Shown: positions 1 to 8,420 of the stretch, piece after piece | How the letters are laid out: each line of letters starts with the position of its first letter | Numbering within the stretch: position 1 is the stretch's first letter | Origin: Schmidtea nova | Taxonomy: Eukaryota | Direction: 5' to 3' | NCBI GenBank assembly: GCA_044892505.1 | Contig: CM097884.1 | Coordinates: 152,706,001 to 152,770,000, forward strand | DNA length: 64,000 nt | Translations under genes and position numbers: made by a program | Notes under the pieces: generated by a model | Seen by the model: only the letters and a program-made list of their open reading frames with translations | What the model was told of the DNA's origin: nothing | The model's database searches: none

Positions 1-55
1 CTAACCAATATAAACAATAATAATGATAATCAAATAATTAAATAATTAATTAAAT

Positions 56-679
56 ATGGAATTAAGAAATGATGCAGTTTATCAAATAGTAGGACCCAGC
101 GGTAGTGGGAAAACTTTATTTGTATGTAAATTATTACAATCAAAAATGTTTAAATCTAAATTTAATAAAATGTATTGGCACAGAGGAGCCGATGAAGAAC
201 ATGGATTGACTCAAGATCAGTTTTGTAAAGTAAAAATGACTATTATAAAAGGTTTTGACAAATATTGGTCATCTAGATTACGACAAGGTGATGTTATAAT
301 TATCGATGATTTGTACCAGGAAGCCAATAAAGAAAAAGATTTCAACAATTTATTTACAAAAATTAGTAGACACTTGGGTGTTACTGTTATTTTCATTACT
401 CAAAATTTATTCCATCAAGGTGGTAGTCATAGAACTAGGAATCTAAATATGCTATACTTGGTTATATTTAAAAACCCTCGGGATGCAACAATTATTGATT
501 TTCTGGCAAGACAGGCTTATCCAAATGATAGAAAAGTTTTACTTGATTCATTTCAAGACGCAACTAAAGTTCCACATGGATATTTATTTTTTGATTTTAC
601 ACAACAATGTCCTGATGATTTACGTATAAGAACTGATCTCTTCAATGAAAAAGGTATTACGATTTATAAACAAAATTGA
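56..679 (+). CDS. A32/FtsK-like genome packaging ATPase
   Basis: Walker A GPSGSGKT, Walker B VIIIDD, FITQN motif and YLVIFKNPRD segment typical of Polinton ATPases; intact 207 aa. Confidence 0.93.
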   Translation: MELRNDAVYQIVGPSGSGKTLFVCKLLQSKMFKSKFNKMYWHRGADEEHGLTQDQFCKVKMTIIKGFDKYWSSRLRQGDVIIIDDLYQEANKEKDFNNLFTKISRHLGVTVIFITQNLFHQGGSHRTRNLNMLYLVIFKNPRDATIIDFLARQAYPNDRKVLLDSFQDATKVPHGYLFFDFTQQCPDDLRIRTDLFNEKGITIYKQN

Positions 680-780
680 AATTGTAAAATTAATTAATTT
701 AAAATGTCAATGAAAAAAGTTATTGTTCAACCTGTTATTGGTAAAACTGAAAAACAACAAAAATTAATAAACTAAGTAAA

Positions 781-833
781 GAAGAAATCAATAAAGAAGA
801 AATCAATAAAGAAGAAATCAATAAAGAAGAAAT
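781..833 (+). repeat. 15-bp tandem repeat (GAAGAAATCAATAAA)x3.5
   Basis: Read directly; encodes EEINK repeats in one frame. Confidence 0.9.
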
Positions 834-876
834 GGATTAAATTATAAACAAAACAAAGTTACAAAAGTCAATAATA

Positions 877-1206
877 ATGAAAATTGAACGCAGTTTACCA
901 TATTTTAATGCCTTGATAAAGGCTCCAATTAATAAACGTATGATAATTTTACAAGCTTTTCCTCCATTTGTTATTGATGATTTGATTGAAGTTATTATCA
1001 ATGTAATTCGAGGTAATGTAAATATTAGTAAAGCTAAAAGATTAGTACTGCTAAAACATAAAAGATCTCTTTTATCATTAGTCAACACTAAAAATCGTAA
1101 TCTGATGAGAAAGATAATTTATAAACAAAATGGTGGTTTCTTAGGTACCTTAATTCCAATAGTATTATCGGCAATAAGTGCAATTTCATCTTTAAATGGG
1201 GGCTAA
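877..1206 (+). CDS. Basic virion core-like protein (pVII/PZ-like) with a predicted adenain site
   Basis: K/R-rich 109 aa ending QNGG|FLGTLIPIVLSAI..., the pattern of Polinton core proteins; lies between ATPase and integrase. Confidence 0.7.
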   Translation: MKIERSLPYFNALIKAPINKRMIILQAFPPFVIDDLIEVIINVIRGNVNISKAKRLVLLKHKRSLLSLVNTKNRNLMRKIIYKQNGGFLGTLIPIVLSAISAISSLNGG

Positions 1207-1265
1207 AAATTCAATACCGAATAAACATAATATAGATTTAAATATTTTAACTAATTGTTGTAATA

Positions 1266-2358
1266 ATGAAGGCAATATTATCCAAAAAGAAAGATGTATT
1301 AACCAAAAAACAAATGAAAAAGATTTGGACAAACCCAAAAGATCCAGATGGTTTTGGTGGTGTAGAAAAATTATCAAAAGGAGTAAAAAGTTCAAAGAAA
1401 GAAACTCAAAAATGGTTATCTGATCAATTGGCATATAGTTTAAATAAACCTATGTTAAAAAAATTTCCGACAAGACCATACAAAACATTTGGTATTAATG
1501 ATTTATGGCAAATGGACTTGATGGAAATGATTCCATATTCAAAAATTAACAGAGGTTACAAATATATTCTAACATGTATTGATGTTTTTAATAGATTTGC
1601 ACGTGCTGTTCCTACAAAAACTAAATCTGCAAACGAAATGGCTGAAGCTATAAAAACATTATTTAAAGATGTGAAACCTCGTAATTTACAAACAGATTTA
1701 GGTAAGAAATTTAATTTAATTTATTTTATTAATTTAAAATTTAGGTAAAGAATTTTATAATAGTAAAGTAAAAGAAGTGATCAAAGGAATTAATCATTAC
1801 TCTGTATTTTCTCAGTTCAAAGCTGCACATGTAGAAAGATTTAATCGTACTTTAAGAGATCGATTGAAAAAATATTTCGTACATCAAGGCAATAAAACTT
1901 GGATTAATGTTTTGCCGAATATAATTTTTAGTTATAATCATTCACCACATAGAGCATTAAAAGGATTAAAACCTGTAAATTTCACAAAGAATTTTAAAAG
2001 AAAAGCTGAAAAAATTGATAATCCACGTTATAAAATAGGTGATTATGTGAGAATTAGCAAAATCAGTGCTTCTCCATTCATCAAGAATTTTGATAGTAAT
2101 TGGAGCGATGAAGTATATCAAATTAGTAAAATAGATATTAATCAGAATCCTGTCATGTATACTATTTCCGATCATGAAAACAATGTAATCGAGGGTAAAT
2201 TCTACGAACAAGAACTTCAAGTTATTCCAGGTCCCACAGTATTCAGAATTCAAAAGAATTTAAAAACCAAAACTGATGGGAAATATAAACAATATTACGT
2301 TAAATGGCATGGCTATGAAACTCCAAGTTGGATATCTGAAAAACAATTGATTAAATAA
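1266..2358 (+). CDS. RVE (DDE) integrase with C-terminal chromo-like domain; exons 1266-1701 and 1745-2358, 349 aa
   Basis: WQMD, QTD and VERFNRT form the D-D-E triad. Removing intron 1702-1744 restores LQTDLG-KEFYN in frame. C-terminal YKIGDYVRIS, WSDEVY and YYVKWHGY motifs. Confidence 0.92.
1702..1744 (+). other. 43-nt spliceosomal intron in the integrase gene
   Basis: GTAAG...TTTAG, almost all A/T; phase-1 splicing joins ORF 1266 to ORF 1777 exactly. Confidence 0.85.
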
Positions 2359-2363
2359 ATATT

Positions 2364-3401
2364 ATGAAAGAAAACCAGTTTTATATGATTTTGCCTAGCA
2401 ATGCATGTCCTCTTATTTATCCTAATAATGAAGCTAGTAATTTTAATGTAGAATTTCAAAATCCAATTTATTTAAATAGTAATGACGATTGGGAAGTTGC
2501 TTTGATTGATTTTACTTTTGTGTATAATTTGTTCCCGTATTATAGTAATTCTTTTATTCAAATTGAAACTAAAAGAGAAATTCAAGAAATTAGTTATTTG
2601 AGAATTAATAATCAAAATAAAACATTTCAAGTTATAGTTTCTCAACCTAGTTCAGACACTGATGTATTTATTGAAAAATATAAATATTTAGTGATTGTTT
2701 GCCCACATGTTCCATTTAAAATTACATTTCCAGATCTTGAACATGCAAAAAGTTTTGGATTGGAAAATATATCAATTACAAGTGAAAATGACCATTGTCG
2801 TTTAAAATTACCAAAATTCACGAATGATAATAGTCTTGAACAATTTGGAATTTTAATAAATTATGACATTAAAACTGTTAATGATTATTATTTTCAAGAT
2901 GAATTATTCATAACGTCATTACCGGAATTGCAAGGATATTTAATGAAAATTAATCCATCTCCATTTAAAGAATTGAAACTTGTCAATAATGAATTGGTTA
3001 AAATTATTCTTCAGGATAATATTTCAAAAATTACTTTTGATTCAAATTTAACCAAATCTCTGGGTCTACAGAAACAAACATATACTGATACAGAAATAAT
3101 CGGTGTAAAAATCCCCAAAATTTTACAACTTCATCAGCAAATGTTCATTTACAGCAACATTATTGAACCAGTAACTGTTGGAGATGTACGAGTTCCCCTA
3201 CTAAAATCAATTTGGATCAAGAAATATGACCAAGGTGAAGTTGTACAAATTGAAATAAAGAATCCAATGTATTTGCCGATTTCAACATCAACTATAAACA
3301 ACATTGAAATCAATATTCGTGATGACAGTGGAAAATTAATTAAATTTTCAAAAGATACAAAGACTCATTTGACTCTACATTTTCGTAAAATAAATGATTA
3401 A
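2364..3401 (+). CDS. Minor capsid protein (penton, single jelly roll), copy 1
   Basis: N-terminal FYMILPSN...WEVAL and C-terminal MFIYSNII...VGD...PLLK...PMYLP...NIEINIRDDSG motifs of Polinton pentons. Confidence 0.85.
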   Translation: MKENQFYMILPSNACPLIYPNNEASNFNVEFQNPIYLNSNDDWEVALIDFTFVYNLFPYYSNSFIQIETKREIQEISYLRINNQNKTFQVIVSQPSSDTDVFIEKYKYLVIVCPHVPFKITFPDLEHAKSFGLENISITSENDHCRLKLPKFTNDNSLEQFGILINYDIKTVNDYYFQDELFITSLPELQGYLMKINPSPFKELKLVNNELVKIILQDNISKITFDSNLTKSLGLQKQTYTDTEIIGVKIPKILQLHQQMFIYSNIIEPVTVGDVRVPLLKSIWIKKYDQGEVVQIEIKNPMYLPISTSTINNIEINIRDDSGKLIKFSKDTKTHLTLHFRKIND

Positions 3402-4416
3402 AAAAGATTTTTATGTTAATTTACCAAGCAATTCTTGTCCATTGACACATCCCAATAATAAAGCTGGAAAATTCAATGTTGAATATCAAAACCCAATTTA
3501 TTTGGATGGTAGTTGGGAAGTTGCTCTTATGGATTTCACTTTTGTATACAATGAATTTCCGTTTTATAATAGTTCAAGTATAAAATTTACTAGAAATGAA
3601 TTACATTCTAGTTATGAATATTTCAATTTTAACCAACAAAAGAATGAATATGATATAAGTCACGATTCTAATTATTATTTGATGTATATTGATGGCAATA
3701 TTTTAAATGTAAATTGTAAATATTTTCCATTTCAAATAATATTTGATAGTGTTGAAGAAGCTAAAAAATTAGGGTTTCAAGAAAAAGCTGTGACATTTAA
3801 TGATGAATTAAACAAAATTGAAATTCCAGCAAATGAAAATAAAAAACTTGATGATACTATACGATTTACTATAACTTATACTTATCCTGTTGAATATACA
3901 GATAATTTCAAAGACGATTTAATAATAAATAATCTTACTGAATTATCTGATCAAATTGAAACTTTTTATCCACATCCATTTAAAATGGTTGATATTAAAG
4001 AAGGAAAATTAATTAAATTAATTCTTGAAGATGATATAACTAGTGTAAAATTTAGTCGGAATTTAGCAAGTTCGTTAGGATTAGTTGAACAAGAATTCTT
4101 TGACAAAATTATTGATGGCGTATATTATCCACAAGTTTTAAAACTTCATCAACAAATGTTCATCTATACGAATATTATTCAACCAATTCTTGTTGGTGAC
4201 ATGTCAGTTCCCCTATTGAAATGTGTTTGGGTTGAAAAACATAAAAAGGGTGATTTGGCTCAAATTGTTGAGAAAAATCCAATGTATTTACCGGTCAGTT
4301 CCACATATATAAACAATATAGAAATCAATATTCGTGACGACAGTGGAAAAATAGTTAAATTTGCAAAAGAAGACAAAACTTACTTGACATTACATTTCCG
4401 TAAAATTAATGAATAA
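3394..4416 (+). CDS. Minor capsid protein (penton), copy 2
   Basis: Paralog of 2364-3401 with the same N- and C-terminal motifs; start overlaps the previous stop by 8 nt. Confidence 0.85.
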   Translation: MIKKDFYVNLPSNSCPLTHPNNKAGKFNVEYQNPIYLDGSWEVALMDFTFVYNEFPFYNSSSIKFTRNELHSSYEYFNFNQQKNEYDISHDSNYYLMYIDGNILNVNCKYFPFQIIFDSVEEAKKLGFQEKAVTFNDELNKIEIPANENKKLDDTIRFTITYTYPVEYTDNFKDDLIINNLTELSDQIETFYPHPFKMVDIKEGKLIKLILEDDITSVKFSRNLASSLGLVEQEFFDKIIDGVYYPQVLKLHQQMFIYTNIIQPILVGDMSVPLLKCVWVEKHKKGDLAQIVEKNPMYLPVSSTYINNIEINIRDDSGKIVKFAKEDKTYLTLHFRKINE

Positions 4417-4816
4417 TCCAGACATTATCAGTTTCTATAGCAACAGCCAATCAGGTGGAGAATTACCGTATTTTGTAGGTAAACAATATGGAACTGGTTG
4501 GTTGAAAACAATAGGTAGATTTGCATTACCAATCCTTAGACGTATAGGTAATTTTGGTATGAAAACAGCAAATGATGTGATAAATAATAATTCAAAGATT
4601 TTACCTGCACTAAAATCCAATGTCATTTCTGAAATTAAAGATTCATTACCCGATGTGATTCATCATTTGCCACAAGTAATTAATAAAGTGACTGATGTGT
4701 TTAACAAAAATAAAACTGAAAATAAACAAAATAGCGGAATTCTTAAACGTAAAAGAAATATGAAGAAACATATAAACAAAAGAATGAAAGGTTATGGAAC
4801 AATATTTGAAAAATGA
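4409..4816 (+). CDS. pX-like core/membrane-active protein with predicted adenain sites
   Basis: QSGG|, then QYGTGW followed by an amphipathic basic helix (WLKTIGRFALPILRRIG) and a basic C-terminus; lies just upstream of the MCP. Confidence 0.65.
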   Translation: MNNPDIISFYSNSQSGGELPYFVGKQYGTGWLKTIGRFALPILRRIGNFGMKTANDVINNNSKILPALKSNVISEIKDSLPDVIHHLPQVINKVTDVFNKNKTENKQNSGILKRKRNMKKHINKRMKGYGTIFEK

Positions 4817-6039
4817 TTAGTGCAAAATCTGAATTATGTCTTTTTGACAGACCATCTCCACAAGCAGTTATTGAACATGGTGCATTTGAAGATATTTACC
4901 CAACAAATTCCATTACAGATGCTGGAACATCATCCATTCAATTTTACATCAATGGATCTCAAACTGAATATTTAGATTTGAATGATACTTTACTATCTCT
5001 TCAGGTAAAAGTTGTAAACAAATCGGGTGAAAATTTAGGATTGGATGCTGATGTTACTCCCAATAATTTCTTTTTCCAAACTCTTTTTAAAGAAGCAGAA
5101 TTAATTTTCAATTCTACTAAAGTTGAAGGAGGAAATGATACATTTACACACAAAGCCATGATTGAAACTATTCTCAACTACAATAGTGATACAAAACACA
5201 CATCTTTAACTCCAATGGGATACAATGACCATGATCTTACTAGAAAAGCATGGATTGCGAAATCAAAACCATTCACAATTTGTTCTCCATTACATTTCGA
5301 TTTCATGGAACAACCCAAGTATTTATTACCTGGTGTTAGTGTTCAAATTAAATTGACGAGATCAAATCCATCCAATAGTTTAACATGTACAAAAATTGAA
5401 CCTATAATTGAATTATTAGAGGCAAAATTAATGGTTAGAAGAGTTCGAGTTGAACCATCAGTTTTGGCTGGGCATCAAATTGGACTTGGTACAAGAAATG
5501 CAATTTATCCAATAAGAAATAAGGAAGTTGTAGAATTTTCATTGCCGATGGGTTCTTCTTCGTTTTATAAGGAACAAATCTTTGGAGATAGACGATTACC
5601 AAACTTTATTCTTGTAGCATTTCAAGGAAATAAAAGACACAGTGGTTCATTTACTGAAACATATTCTATTTACGATCATTTTAATGTAAAATCTTTAACT
5701 TTATTAAAAGGAAGTGATTATCGTGAAAAATACTCTCAAGATTTTGAAAATGATAATTGTAGCACTAGTTATATGCAATCTATTGTCCGTAATCTTGGTT
5801 ACCTTAATAAAAGTATGAATTGTGGTATTTCATTAACTGATTGGAAAAGCAAATATCCTTTTTTCACCTTTGTTTTGGCTCCAGATTTTGATCTTAATCA
5901 AAGCCAATTACCTCAACAAGGAAATCTAAGACTAGATATTAAATTTGGAACACCATTGACTGAGTCAGTTTCTGTAATTGTATATGGAGTTTTTGAAAAA
6001 GAATTGCAAATTACCTCTAATCGCACAATACTGGTTTGA
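4813..6039 (+). CDS. Major capsid protein (double jelly roll, Polinton PY/hexon)
   Basis: 408 aa; KSELCLF...IEHG...IQFYING...YLDLNDT, LLPGV and VRRV motifs of Polinton MCPs; ATGA overlap with the upstream stop. Confidence 0.88.
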   Translation: MISAKSELCLFDRPSPQAVIEHGAFEDIYPTNSITDAGTSSIQFYINGSQTEYLDLNDTLLSLQVKVVNKSGENLGLDADVTPNNFFFQTLFKEAELIFNSTKVEGGNDTFTHKAMIETILNYNSDTKHTSLTPMGYNDHDLTRKAWIAKSKPFTICSPLHFDFMEQPKYLLPGVSVQIKLTRSNPSNSLTCTKIEPIIELLEAKLMVRRVRVEPSVLAGHQIGLGTRNAIYPIRNKEVVEFSLPMGSSSFYKEQIFGDRRLPNFILVAFQGNKRHSGSFTETYSIYDHFNVKSLTLLKGSDYREKYSQDFENDNCSTSYMQSIVRNLGYLNKSMNCGISLTDWKSKYPFFTFVLAPDFDLNQSQLPQQGNLRLDIKFGTPLTESVSVIVYGVFEKELQITSNRTILV

Positions 6040-6115
6040 GCTCTGCTCAAACATTGTTGATTTAATTGAAAATTATTGGTTTGTTATAAACTAGTTTTTA
6101 AATAAATAAGAATAA

Positions 6116-6501
6116 ATGAAGTAAGATTTATTAAGAAAATTAAATTTTTTATTGATTTTAGTTCAATTCAGATAGATCAGATTGCTAAAAAATTAATTGG
6201 ATCGGAATTTCTAGGAGTTTTCCCTCTAGATAAAATACCGTATATAGATGTGAACAAAGCTTTGATTGTCAACACTCAATCATCAAATCTCAATGGTGAA
6301 CATTGGCTTGCAATTTACGTTAAACCAGATAAAATATATGTGTTTGATCCAATGGGATTCTATTATCCGTCAATATTAGTTTCAAAACTAGAGTCAATGA
6401 TAAAACCAGTCGAATATAACAGAATTCGTTATCAAAATCCAATGACAAAAACATGTGGTCAGCATTGTTTAGCTTGGTTAATTTCAATGTATATTAAATA
6501 A
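6116..6501 (+). CDS. Adenain-like cysteine maturation protease; exons 6116-6120 and 6162-6501, 114 aa
   Basis: Catalytic GEHW, FDPMG and Q...CGQHC motifs. The frame upstream of 6250 reads FLGVFPLDKIP. Splicing ATGAA|intron|T gives the start MNSIQIDQ; there is no in-frame ATG without splicing. Confidence 0.88.
6121..6161 (+). other. 41-nt spliceosomal intron in the protease gene
   Basis: GTAAG...TTTAG; supplies the otherwise missing start codon in the correct frame. Confidence 0.8.
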
Positions 6502-7092
6502 AATTTATTATAAAACAATGTCTTGTTAATTTATCTAGTAGTTTAATCAGTTTGGATTACAAAATTTATGTAATGGATTATACGACAAAAATTTGTATTT
6601 TAATGTTAATCCCTATTTTAGATGACTCAATCCTTTAATTGGATCATGACAATCCCTCAGTTTAAGCTAATCCTTTGATCTTACATCATTAGATTGAATT
6701 ATGTAATTAGGTCAAATTACAAATCTAATCCCTTAATTTGTTATTACGCACACACAAATTAATATATATGAATAAACATTTTCAAAATTTTTCATTTCTA
6801 AACAATACCCAACTATACTAAGTGCTTTCACAAAAATTTATTCATAAAGTTAATTTTAATTTTAGAAATGACAAACATGCAAGTTAACAAACAACAATTG
6901 AAAAATGAAATTACAATGAATCAAGAAATGCTCAACAATGGGGAAATATCCAGCAAATATGACACAAGAAATCTCTGTAAGTATTTCTAAAATTGTTAAT
7001 AAAATACATAAAAATAAGCAAGTATGCTGCCCAATTTTTTTTTTAAAAATAAATAACGAAACAAAAACTAATTATTCAAAAAAAAAAATTTA

Positions 7093-7538
7093 TTATACGA
7101 CACTTAAAATTTTCCAAATTGGACGAATCATGTTATTTCCTGTTTTTGTTCCTTGGATTAAAATCTTTATTTTGTAATTAGTTTCATTATTGATTTCATC
7201 TTTTATATCTTTGTCACAATTGATAAACGTAAATTTTTCATTAAAGTTTATTTCTTTATTGACAGCCTTAAGAATATCACTTAAATTCTTCCGATCCATA
7301 TCATGAATATTTTCGATTTGCATATTATATAGGCTTGATTTCAAATTAACAGGTTCCTTAAGAAAATTATTAATTAAATATTACTTTGAATAAATTTTAC
7401 CTTGAATGAATAAGTAATAGGATACTTCAAATAATCCATTGAATATTGAAGAAATTGAACTGCTGGACTAAACTTCATATTAACAACCGAAAAGGTGTTT
7501 TCTTCTAAAAGCAAAGATACAATTTTTGAATTCATCAT
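7093..7538 (-). CDS. Hypothetical protein, possibly spliced (exons 7538-7401 and 7356-7093, 133 aa)
   Basis: A 46-codon ORF joins ORF 7344-7093 in frame via a 44-nt GT...AAG intron (7400-7357). No recognisable motif, and the AAG acceptor is atypical. Confidence 0.35.
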
Positions 7539-7635
7539 TATTGAATTTTTCTAAATTTAATTTTACATTTATAGGTAATACTCAATTTTGATTGGCAGCA
7601 TACTTGACATACTTTAATAATATATATATTTTTTT

Positions 7636-7974
7636 NNNNNNNNNNNNNNNNNNNNNNNNNNNNNNNNNNNNNNNNNNNNNNNNNNNNNNNNNNNNNNNNN
7701 NNNNNNNNNNNNNNNNNNNNNNNNNNNNNNNNNNNNNNNNNNNNNNNNNNNNNNNNNNNNNNNNNNNNNNNNNNNNNNNNNNNNNNNNNNNNNNNNNNNN
7801 NNNNNNNNNNNNNNNNNNNNNNNNNNNNNNNNNNNNNNNNNNNNNNNNNNNNNNNNNNNNNNNNNNNNNNNNNNNNNNNNNNNNNNNNNNNNNNNNNNNN
7901 NNNNNNNNNNNNNNNNNNNNNNNNNNNNNNNNNNNNNNNNNNNNNNNNNNNNNNNNNNNNNNNNNNNNNNNNNN
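7636..7974. other. Assembly gap (339 N)
   Basis: N run. Confidence 1.
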
Positions 7975-8343
7975 TTATATCCGAATTATTGTTATTCAAT
8001 TGATCACAATGAGATGTGTCATAATTCAATGAACCAATACTATGGTCATAATTATTATAATATTAGGTATTTTATATGCCCTGTATGCATAACCTCCCAA
8101 CCCATTCCCTATCATTCTTCTTATGATCAACACAAGGATCACTTAGGACAATATGCATCAACTAAAAAACAAAAATTATTTAAACGACCTAATCTAAATG
8201 ACATAAATTCTATTCTAAATAAAAAGATTAAATTAAACCCTTGTACAATTGAAAAAATATATTTACCTACAAATGAACCTAATAATTCTGATGATGAATT
8301 GATGAAAGTATTGGAAGAAGCAATGGAGGAAAAGCAATTATTG

Positions 8344-8420
8344 GAAGCGGTGGAAGAGATTGAAGCGATGGAAGCGGTGGAATCGGTGGAAGCGGTGGAA
8401 GCGGTGGAAGCGGTGGAAGT
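8344..8420 (+). repeat. 9-bp coding repeat (GAAGCGGTG)n, acidic EAV tract in the pPolB N-terminus
   Basis: Read directly. Confidence 0.85.

Noticed and set aside
1266-2358. Integrase as a frameshifted pseudogene
   Set aside because: A canonical 43-nt intron restores the frame and the conserved TDxGxEF motif.
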